In this document: in pieces, positions 39,312 to 51,100 of the stretch | Layout of the letters: every line of letters begins with the position of its first letter | How positions within the stretch are numbered: position 1 is the first letter of the stretch | Assembly (NCBI GenBank): GCA_040954595.2 | Contig: CM082595.2 | Span: 7,058,193 to 7,122,192, forward strand | Direction: 5' to 3' | DNA: 64,000 bases | DNA from: Balanoglossus misakiensis | Lineage: Eukaryota > Animalia > Hemichordata | Notes under the pieces: generated by a model | Databases searched by the model: none | The model's input: the letters and a program-made list of their open reading frames with translations, nothing else | What the model was told of the DNA's origin: nothing | Made by a program: the position numbers and the translations under genes

Positions 39312-39774
39312 CTGTTGGCGGGAAAAAAAATATTTCAACTTTATTTGTGAAAATTACAGTTTAAAGACATTATATTAGAAAATTTATCATATTTATTATG
39401 TGCGATAATATTCAGTTCAGTCTCATCACATTTGCTGGTAGATTCTATCAAAACAGAACATGTAACTTTATTTTGAGCCACCGTTTCTAAAATATCATTC
39501 ATTCACTATATATCCACATGTAGAATAACATAAATGGTGTCTTGTATCAAACATTATTAATGGAAAAAGGGTAGGGAGAGAGAGACTTTGTCCCTTTAAT
39601 TGAATTCGCCTATATATCGGCAAACAGGCTCCCTCCCTTACAGTGAAGTGAACACCGTGAAGGTCTGAACCTAATGTACCATTCGGATGACGTCAGGTAA
39701 TGCTTCAGGTTAAACATATACCGATGGCACAATGAAAGAAAGAATAGACGTATATCATTTTCTTCTTCTTCAAG

Positions 39775-39929
39775 GTATGGACGATTGAAATCTATCTTCT
39801 CAGCTTTGCTTGTCCAATCCGTTTTTTGTTTTGTGGCGGCGCTGTCACCAAACCTTGTCATTTTTATGTTGTGTCAGTTCATCATCGGGTTCACCTATCC
39901 AGGAATCTTTATTGCAACGTTTGCATATG
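39775..39929 (+). pseudogene. Orphan SLC22-type exon, copy 2
   Basis: 155-nt exon, YGRLKSIFSALLVQSVFCFVAALSPNLVIFMLCQFIIGFTYPGIFIATFAY, with AG/GT flanks. Confidence 0.7.
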
Positions 39930-42230
39930 GTAAGAGAGTGCACGATAATACACCAAACAACAGAAATGGCAAAATTAAGGGACCTCCATGACCAAACTAT
40001 GGAGTCCTGACTAGACCAACTGATCTCAACTATTGTTTGTGGCTGTACATTAATTAAGACATAAACACTTTGTTTGTCATATTATACAAAGTAACAACCA
40101 CATTGTTTCTCAGAGTTTTAGACCAGAAATTGCCCCTAAATTATACTATTTTACTATTGGCTATCCATTCACCTTGATTTGAATAAAAAACTTCAATTTT
40201 GTGGACTGACATCATACATATTTTATGTACATACATACATACCAGTACATACATGTACATGTATACACACATGCCTGCAAGAACATGCACTCATACCATA
40301 CACAAATATACCGGTATACTGGTACATACACCATCAATCTTTTATTGGCAAATTACAATTAATCAGAAGCACCTACACTTGCTGGAAAATGTCTATGTTT
40401 ACAAAAATATACCGGTACTACATGATTCAATGCAAAATATAAGCTATAATACTATACTTGTTGGCATTTATTGGTATTTTTTGCTGTAAATTTGGAAATT
40501 AACAAGATTTTACTTTGTTAATAGTGAGACAGTTGAAGCTGACCTTATTTGACCTTCCCCTCATTACATAGGCTGTCAACAAATGTCAAAGTGAAACTGA
40601 AAAACAATTTCTACTTTAAGTTCAGAGCAGGCAACGATAAAAGTTTAAATCACTAAAGAATATCAAAAACATTTAGGTACTAATAAATCTTGAGTTCATG
40701 AAGCTGTAGGGCATTTGTTTCAAAGGTTTTTAGATTTTTAGAATAATACTGACATGTTTTAAATGGAGACTGGCAACTGAACTTTGACAGTGCCTGGATC
40801 TCCACTGTGTTGGGCCACTGTAAGTAAACTCTTTGTTTTGCACCTTCATGCAAATAGTTTGTTGTTTCTTTTGTTTTTTTGAAGATTTTCTGACCACAAA
40901 AGTCTGTTACAAATTTTACATAATTTGCTCAAATAACCTGCAAGGTTGAGGTGTATGTGTTATGAACAATGAAGTTGAAAATTACTACTTGAATCTTGAA
41001 TGAATACTTCTCTGACAAGGATCCAAAATATATGAATTCCATGTACAACTGGCTTTATCTGCAATCGACCGTATCTGACCTTTACCTCATATATCCAACT
41101 GTCCTGTTGACAAACATTAAATGGAAATCCAACCGAAAGAAATATATTTGAATTGAATAGAAGATGACAAAGTTCCAGTCACCAAAGAATATTTAAAACA
41201 TTTGATGATGTTTTAGTTAGTTGCAGTGAAACATTGTAAAAGTTAATAACTTCAATTACTGACATGTTCTAAATGGATGATGCAGGTGAACTTTGATAGA
41301 GTCCAGACTAGATGTACAACACAGGTATTTACTCAGATCACATGACAAGCGTGCTTGGTATATCGAGGTACACAAAATCTGACTCAGCAACTTTTTTGCC
41401 ATTTTTTCTGGGTGAGCATGTCACCTGCAGAGCTCTTGATACAGTTGTGTGCCTCAGGACAGAATTTCTACCTTGTGAAGGAATCAACTTATCTGTTACA
41501 ACACTAAGAGGTATGTTGCATTGAACTTGGTGATTTTCTGTCTTTTTCTTTCAGTCCTCAAACTCAAGCCACACCTTTTTAATTTTCATGTAACAGAAAC
41601 ACACCTTTAAAAATACTTATATTGGAAATAACTTAACAATTAAGCGTCCAAACTTTTCTTGGCTTTGAAAGATGACCAGAATATTGTGAATACCAATATA
41701 CTTGTATTAATTTACATGTGAATAACACCACTTATATCACATGTATAAGGATTGAAGCTATAATTTGTGAAGGAATATCATCCACTCTTTACAACCATTT
41801 TCATATGTACCGGTATGTTGTACTGAAACTGATGATTTATTATCTTGTGTTTTAACTGAAGATATTGAATATATATAGATGACATTGTAAATGGGTGGTG
41901 GCAAAGAGATTCCAAACTCTGATATCACATCTACAACACAGGTATTGTGACAAGTACTGAGCAGCTCGTACGTCTTGATAGGAACCAAACTCTGGGATTT
42001 CTCCTCTTTTTGCCAGTGGGAGCTACTCTAGCTTTGTATGGATTGAATGGATTGAAACTCTAACTTCTGAAGGAATCAACCTCTCTGTTACAACATTACT
42101 ATAGGTATGTTAAATGTAAAGAAGTTTGTGATTTATTGTCTTGAAATTCTGTCAGTCCTCAAACTCAACGACTTCTTCATATAACAGAAACACACCCTAA
42201 AAAAACAATTCTATCGAAAATAAGTCATTA

Positions 42231-44824
42231 TAGTGGAGTGGCCAAACCCTAATTTTCATAGCGATTGTGCATTTTGTGATAAAAGCACCAAACTTGGCTC
42301 AGATGTGTGTTAATGTGAACTAAACAAATTCAGATAGCGAGCCACTAAATATCTGTTGATGAGTTTCCATGGCAACCAATTTTTCAAAATGGCCACCAAT
42401 ACAGATAATTTCACCCACCAAATAACAACTGTAAACACCAAAATAAATTTAGATTACTATATTTGATACAAGGAACTGTGGAAAGAATGATTTGCAAAGA
42501 TATTATGGTTACTAAACTACTTATAGGGGTAAGTAAGTTATCAAAACACAATTTAAAGGCGCAACTTTTAATCCCTTTGTTCTCGGATTAATAGGTGCTC
42601 CTCTAGAAGTGAAACCATACTGTCTATGGTCAAACATTAGGCTAATTGCGATATTTAACTTGCAGTACATAAATTACACATATGAATCACAACAGTTTAC
42701 CACCTTAGCTAATGATAATCATATTAACAGATCACCGATATATTCAAATTGCACACGGATGTGGGCTTAGCTTACTCGTGACTGGTAAAATTTCCTTATC
42801 AACTGAGAGTCCACTGCCCGAAATAGACGTTGATCCAAACTGAGTCCGCAGTCGTCACGTTTATTGGTCGACAGACATAGGGCCTCAAACGCAATACAAT
42901 CTAAATGGACCCCGGGTAACAAACCATGCGAAAATGTTGGCTTTGTTTCGACCACAATCGCGACCGCAGCGTTGACAACGTTTTTTCGGGGCGTTGATGT
43001 TTGTCAAAATGCCATAGGAAATTAAAGAAACTGAAGTCGAATTGCTGAAACGTTAATAATCGACCATATGTCTTGATACTTTAGATCATGTATCAGTTCG
43101 ACTCCAGCAATTTTGGCGACTGTTAACAGAGTTGACCAAAAGATAAATGGTGTCTATGATTCCAAACTCATAAAAATTACACCGGGGGACACAACATTAT
43201 TTTATTTGTCGAGAATAGTGTTCATCATGCCATAAATATTGTCAAAAATGTGTGTTAATTATGAAAACCCAACTAAATATACAAGCAGTTGGCCTTTAGA
43301 TTGGTAAATGGAAAAACAGGTATTATTGCAATTTTCTGGGATTAGGTGCCCCAAGGCTCCCAACAAGTCACTTGGAATGTACTTCCATTCTAATATCTCA
43401 ATGTGTAAAGATCTGACTTTGCAAGAGATATTACGGAAAACTTCATTTCATTTAATAGCATGAAGTAAGCGAAATCTTACTCTTTACAGAAAAGCTGTGA
43501 TCCTGAAGACTTTTGGTGTTTTGAAGCTTATTTTCACTTTATCATTTTATTCTTTGATTTTGGGGGTTCAAAAATACACAAAATAACATGTCAAAATAGA
43601 ACTGCTGACTATCATCAAGGTGCGATTAAAATTATCGATAACATGAGCAATACAAAGCACTTCAAGCGACTTCATCAAAACGCTTTCCGAAGGACAAGTA
43701 TTGGATGAAAAGTTTGAAACAGATTTTGATTTTGATTCCTAACATCTATCTATGTACATACAACCTAGACATAGTTAGTTTCTATAGTAACTTTAACAAA
43801 CCAATCGACTGTCATGATACTGGCTTTCTGCCATCATTTTATGGGGAAGTGATTCTTTATTTGCATGAATCATTTGATGAAGATAAAATAGAAAAGCTAG
43901 ATTCTGCACTGATTCAAACTGGTCAGATCAATTTATAAGGTTGAGAAACAAGATGCCGTTTTTTCCTGGGTTGACTAAATTTGGAATTTTGTTCATGAAA
44001 GATATTTTTATGGGGAAAATAACGAATCAACTGAGGTTTACTTGTTAAACTTTTATCACAAAATGCCCAAATGTTATGAAAATGTTGTTTATGCCAGGTC
44101 ACTATTATAATATATCTATGGTTATACAGTGTTTTAACTAAGTTTGTTGTAATCGTGGTTATTACCAAACTTGAATTTCTTTAGTGACTGAATCTCGATC
44201 CTGTATTTACCCCTTTAACTAGTTTAGTGATGATAAAAATTTTGAAAATTACTCTTTGAGCAGTTTTTTGTTTCAAATTTTGTAATATGAATTTATTTTG
44301 GAATTTTATAATTGTTATTTTGTGGGTGAGATTATCTGTATTGGCGGCCATTTTGAAAAAATGAAAAAATGATTGCCATGGAAACTCATCAACAGATATT
44401 GTGGCTCGCTATCTGAATTTGTTTAGTACACATTAATGCACATCTGAGCCAAGTTTGGTGCTTGTATCACAAAATGCACAATTGATTTGTTATGCCGCTG
44501 TACTGTAGACGTTAAACTGTGTTTTATCATTTATTCTATATTCAGAACTATTTCGGTGACCACAAATACCCTTTCTATAGTTTCTGGTTTCAAATATCAT
44601 AATCTGAAATTACCTTGGTGTTCTTTAGTCGTTATTTTGTGGGAAAGATTAATGTAGTGGCGGCCATTTTGAAAAATGGTTGCCATGGCTACCCGTTAAC
44701 AGATATTAAGTGGCTCGCTATCTGAATTTGCTTAGTACACAGTAACACACATCTGAGCCAAGTTTGGTGCTTTTATCACAAAATGCACAATCGATATGAA
44801 ATTTGGGGTTTGGCCGCTCTACTA
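42231..44824. mobile_element. Non-autonomous TIR DNA transposon (Academ-like termini TAGT...ACTA, 3-bp TTA TSD)
   Basis: The left end tagtggagtggccaaaccct...cattttgtgataaaagcaccaaacttggctcagatgtg is the imperfect reverse complement (>160 bp) of the right end. tta flanks both sides. The element is absent at the equivalent site of the previous unit (~20826). Superfamily is inference. Confidence 0.8.
43290..44150 (+). pseudogene. Decayed L1/Tx1-type ORF2 fragment inside the TIR element
   Basis: Remnant peptides *SKRNLTLYRKAVILKTFGVLKLIF (compare WKTRNLTIIGKVQVIKSLAISKLTY in the intact LINE) and FLPSFYGEVILYLHE, with many stops. Boundaries are approximate. Confidence 0.55.
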
Positions 44825-45656
44825 TTACACTTTTCATGATTTGAATTAATGGGTCTGAACATTGTCTGTGATTCATCAATATCAAAACTAGGGACAATTA
44901 TTTTCACCAACGCGGTACACTATAGGTTATACAAAATATTAAGTGCATGCATGCACTTTTGGAGATATCACAAACAGCAAACTGGTGATAGTGTCCTGTG
45001 TCAATATGTAACCGGTACAACAACAGTTATCACATGAAAATCACATGCAGCCTAGAACCAAACTCGATCAAAGACCTGATTTTGCCTCGTGAGCACTAAC
45101 TTTCATGTCGTGTGAGAAAATTGTCTGCACTTTTACAGCCCTTGTTAGTAGTTACAGTATTTTATTGACAGAAGTGATCATTTCAACAGCCTTCTACCCC
45201 TCAAATTCAATGCCTTCAAATTATTTGTTGGTATCACAGAGCGAATTTTATCTATAAATAAAATTCTACTTTAACTCTACTTTGAAATTCTGTCGACCAC
45301 TGTAAGATTGAGACAATTTGTTTTTGCCAATTACGATTTTTAAGCCCTAACTTTTCTATTAATCATACGTACACATGATACTATCATGCAGAGTAAGGTT
45401 AATATTTAATCGTACATGTTGTGGTCTGGTTTTACACAGACAGTGACCTCATTTGACCTTTAGGGAGCTGTCTTTAATACAGTGTCACATCACATACCAG
45501 CTGTATACCCTACATCCACTGAATCAACTGCATTGATTTTGTCCATTCTCGATACAAATGATACACGATCACATCATCACCACAATCACTGGTCGACTTC
45601 TCATATTTATAACTATACCCAGGTACAATATGTTTCTTCCCAGCAGGAATGCAATT

Positions 45657-48186
45657 ATGTCGGGAAAACCATCTGCAGCACTGGTTGTATTGAAATCATG
45701 GGACAAAGAGGCAAAAACCTCCCAACCAACTCAAGCTATAATCAAACATCTCAAAGAAAACACACTCCAGTCTGAGAACGTTTCTGAATTCCACTGTACT
45801 ACCCTTGAAATTGAAGTGAGTGAAGAACAAAAGAAAGATGCAGGAGGTGTTGGTGCTACTTTGATCTCAGCCAAAAGAAACAAGTGGTTGGATCCAAAGA
45901 AAGATCCACCTGGAGAACACTGGCTCTTCAACCATTGGGTCTACTTCCCTGGACTGAAGGACCTGAAAAACATCCAACATGTAGTCGGATATTCTCCACA
46001 GACACACACTGCAGCCGCAGCAATTCATGAAAGTCTCTTCCCCGAAGCCAAACTTCATCAACTCCAACTTCCCAATCCACCACCTGTGGCAGCATTAATG
46101 GTCATGCAAACCTGGCAGACAGAATCAGAAGATCAGACAACAACACCAACTCATCAGCTTGTCACAAAATTTCAAGAAGAAACCCTGAAGTCAGAGAAAG
46201 TTTCTCAATCCTACTGTACTACACTTGATGTTGTTGTGAGTGAAGAACAAAAGAAAGATGCAGAGAAATTTGATGTTACTTTGATCCCAGCTATAAGAGA
46301 CGAGAGGATGGATCCTCTTGAAGACCCCCCTGGAGTACACTGGCTTGTTAACCATGGTACATACTTCCCAGACTTGAAGGGACTGCAAAACATCAAGCAT
46401 GTAGTGGGAATCTCTCCAAAGACAAAAAATGCTGCAGTGGCAATTCATAAAAGTCTCTTCCCTGAAGCCAAACTTCACCAACTCTCACTTCCTGAACCAC
46501 CAGCTGCAGCGTTACTGCTACTACCAACCTGGGACAAAACCTCAGAAGGGCAGATCACAAAACCAAGTCATATGCTTGTCAATGAGTTCCGTGAAAAGAT
46601 TAAGTCTGATAAAGTTTCTGAATTCCACTGTACTACCCTTGAAGTTGAAGTTAGTGAAGAACAAAAGAAAGATGCAGAAAGTTTTGATGTTACTCTGATC
46701 CCAGCCAAAAGAAACAAGTGGTTGGATCCAAAGAAAGATCCACCTGGAGAACACTGGCTCTTCAACCATTGGGTCTACTTCCCAGATCTGAAGAAACTGA
46801 AAAACATCCAACATGTAGTCGGATATTCTCCACAGACACACAATGCAGCCAAAGCAATTCATGAAAGTCTCTTCCCTGAAGCCAAACTTCATCAACTCCA
46901 TCTTCCAGATCCACCTCCTGGGGCACTGTTTGTGTATAATGAATGGAACAAAGAAGATTGTGGCTTGACTGGGTTTCACAGAACTCTTGTACAAGATTTC
47001 TGTAAAAGGAAAGTCAAAGAAGGAAGAGCTTACTCCACTCTGGTTGGTGTCAAAGTCAGTGATGATCAGAAGGCAGATGCTGCCAAGTGTCGGGTTAAAT
47101 TGATTCCAGCACAACAAGAAGAAGACAGGACTGCAGAGCCAGAAAAAGATCTGCCACATTTAAGATGGCTGTCATATCATGAAATCTACTACCCTCACCT
47201 CAGACAGCTACAAAACATCAAGTATGTTGTTGGTTATGCTCCAAGAACTGGATTCGCTGCCGCAAATATCAGAAAAAAATTGTTTCCTGATGCAGAACTA
47301 GTGATGATCAACCATGCCTATGAAGAACGCAACTGTCTGTTGAAACTACCTCCAGGAACGTTGAGTGAAATGATGCTGAAGCTGGCCAGTGAAGCTGACA
47401 TCATATTCTCAATTGGTCCAAGTATGTATGAGCATTTCAAGAAGAAATACCGGGCTACCTTTGATGGCAGGGAACTATACAGGATCCCTCATGAAGAGAT
47501 TTTCCCCAGACCTGCTGAAGTCTTTTTCAAGAAAGACCCAAAGTTCCTAGATGGAATGACTACTCACAGTATACTGACATACGGGCAGATTGATACACAA
47601 GGAGCCTTGAACAGATGTGAGACAATAGCAGCTGCTATTGGAAGTGTAGCAAACCTACTGAAAGATTTTTATGACAAACTTCTGAATTGGTCAATACGTG
47701 GAGCAGGTGAGGCTGAACTGAAGCATATTCTACAGCAGATGAACAATGTAATGGCAGATCTTCACCCAGATTACTCAGAAACGACCTTACTGAGAGTTCT
47801 GCATCAATCTGATAGTTGTTTTCTTGCCCCATTCTACAAGGATTATCCCTTTTGTGGTTTAGAAGCTATAGCTGTTGGGTTACCAACCTTTATCTATGAA
47901 TATTCCCAGCTTGGGCAGTTGGTCAACAAGTACTTTCCAACAGAAATTGTACACAGATTTGTGATTTCTAACCCTGAACCCAAGGAGATTTCAGAGAAGA
48001 TAACATGGGTTGTCAAGAATACCAAGTTTGCTTTTGAAAAAGCTAAGGATCTGAAGAAGGCTTTCATGGAGAGTGAAGATGTAAATAGAAGTTATGGTGC
48101 ATTTGCTAGTTTGTTGACACCAAACCAAAGAAGCGAAGATGAAGGTGGTCTTGACCAGTGTGGCAAGGATACAACTAATCCTGCAG
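45657..48186 (+). CDS. Copy C large exon: three repeats plus GT4-like domain
   Basis: Collinear with 21677-24206. The motif reads KDYPFCGLEAIAVGLP. Confidence 0.8.
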
Positions 48187-51100
48187 GTATAGGACAATTT
48201 GAAATCTTACTGTTTGATCTGGGATGCAGAGTCATGTTATTTGGTTTCTGGGAGACAATTGACTTGAACCGCTGTAATCATCCTGTCTTATACCCTTCTC
48301 GAGTTGTGCACATGGTAAGATGGGAGACCTATTTGATGATAACATTGTATTCTATTTTTTTGTAGTCATCACCTCTGTTCACAATTAATGTGTCAGCAAG
48401 AGAATCAGATTGACCAATTTGTCATGTAAACTACAGTGACACAATATTGCGTAGTATACGTACTTTTACACACTTCAGATGAAATGATTCTGTGGTGCTT
48501 ATCTGAAAATAATCATTTGTATTCTTTTCCGCCCGAGTAAAATAATTGAATCATAGAACAAAATAATAACAACAAAAATACCTGGTATCTAAATGTTTAT
48601 TTAAATATTTTTGTTGTTCTTGTGGAAATGTCATTTCGCTATTTCGCAAAGTATCTATTTTGCAATGTATCATAAGCCCTTTAATGTTGTCTCTGAATTA
48701 ATATATTTTTTTTCCTACTTCTCATCATCACCAGATCATCATGCCGACACAACAATTACAATCCATGTCGGACTGGATGACAATGTCTACCACAAGCATC
48801 TAGCAGAAAATGAGGGCCAGAATGAGGAAAGGCAACAGGCAGCATCTACCGGTACAGATTGGAACAACTGCAAACAACAGTTGAAGAGAAGAGCATCTGA
48901 TGTGGTATCCAACAGTGATGACACTGAGAAAGTCAAGAAAGCCTGCACTGAGAATTTGGGTAAAGTGGAAATAACCAGTATGAAATCAGAGTCTCTGCAA
49001 ATCACAGTCAACATGCGTAGACTTTATAATCTCTACAGATTGCGGGGAAGCTGTCTTGAAGATTCAAGAAGTTTAGCCAAGGCATTAGAACCAATCTTGA
49101 TGACAGATGAAATGACAGAGGCCAACACAGCTGGAATACCACTACAGTTGACAGCAACATATGACCAAACCAGGTTTGATGAACTGGAACTATTCTTTCT
49201 GAACAGTAAGTTTTAATAGTTTATCAGAGAATACTATAAAACTCTCAGACTATTGATCAAACCAGAAAAAAAAAAATTCAGGACAATTTACTATGTATCG
49301 ATTGTTATAACAGCACTTGATCGGTTAAATGCTCTAAAAGAGACACACATCACTCTGAAATCATACCCCCGGTAGATGATAGAATTATTCAACAGAAGAA
49401 CTTGATTTGATAACGATTTCACAGTACCGGTAATTTACTTTCCTCAATGTATCTTTCAGGAGATGGTGGAGGAATAGGACCAGTGGTATGTGATGACAGC
49501 ATTGATGAGGAATATGTCAATGAGATACTGGCCGAGGTATGCTTTGTAATTTTAACCCTTAAAGTGCCACACCTGATCAATTGCAAGCCAAGCTGCTCTT
49601 GTATAATTGTCTTCAAGAGCAATATCAGCTGCACAGGTCAATACCGGTTTACCCGTTGCGAATCTGGTGATCGACTGTGTGGTATTTGAGTGATGGGTAT
49701 TATAATATCATGTGGTCATGTTTTTTATATATAGTTGTCAAATAATAAAAGTGTTCATTTCTTCCAATTTCAGATTGACAGAACACACCTGACTTTGCAA
49801 CGGGAGTTAACAGAAAAAGATTCTGATACTGAACACACTGGCCTGAAACAAAGTGAGTGATTTTACCATCATTTCAGTCAATGACAACAAAATGCACATT
49901 TAGGCTTCATAAATATTCAAAGATTCGAAAAATAGTGGCATATATCCAAATTTTCCTTGACAATACACATTTGACTTGGCGTTGCACAATATACTCTGAC
50001 TTTTTTACCACATGAACAATGTACTACATGTAGGAAGGTTTTTGTTTTGGCCATAAAAATTGATATCTCCTTAAAATAAATTAGGATTGTTAACTTGTAA
50101 TGATGGAAGAAACAATTGTCAGCCAACATTAACATTCTACCATACATTGCACAGTATACCATTTGTTCTTTCTGCATCACCAGTTTGATTTGATGCTTGA
50201 AAGATTGATGTCACTTGTGCCAAGATTAAAAACCTGATTTTGTTTGTATTTTGCAGGTCAGATATTATCCAGGTTGTTGTTCCTTGAGATTGATCCAATA
50301 CGAGAAATCCAGAAGTCAGCTGACAAATATGCACCACTGATACTCAACAGTGAGCAGTGTAAAAGACAGAAAGGAAGACAGTGTGACATCATACAACTTA
50401 CAGTGAAAATGACCGAGAAAGTTCAGCATATCCTATCTCACAGACCTCAAATCTTAGAGTTACTGGGTGTTAGTAGGTATCTTATGACTGACACAGAAAG
50501 GGTGGATTTCAGTGACTCAGGTAAAATACAGGGATTTTCTAACTGACAGATATGATGAAAACAGCACATTTGCTTTACAAGAAGTATATTTGCTGCACTT
50601 TGTAACGAAAAGTAAATGGGAACATACACAGCTATGCACTGGTGTGCAACATGAATGAAACTTTACAATAGTTATGCAATAATATCATTCTCTATGTGTG
50701 ATAATTATGTAACTTAATAACCTTTGTGCACTGAGTGTAACAGTCAGCACATTTTTACAACAGATGCAATGTATTCTATGGATCAAGGTAGTATGGGAAA
50801 ATGTGTGCTCAAGATTAATGATATGCATACATGTATATTACAGTACTTGTCCAAGGTTACTTGATATCAATGACAGATTTATCTACATAATCCATTTCAG
50901 AGTTGGAAGAAGAAATCATACAACATGGCAGACCAATTCATCCCATACCAGCTGAATCTATCAGCTTACAAGCAAAAAGCTTACTGCCCTTTGAAGCTAG
51001 TGCAAAGCAGCTCAAAGAACTAAAACAACTTTTGGATGGGGCCCTGATAGAGAAGTCTAAAATTCAGACTGAGTCAGCTGAGAATACGAGAAAGCTGGTT

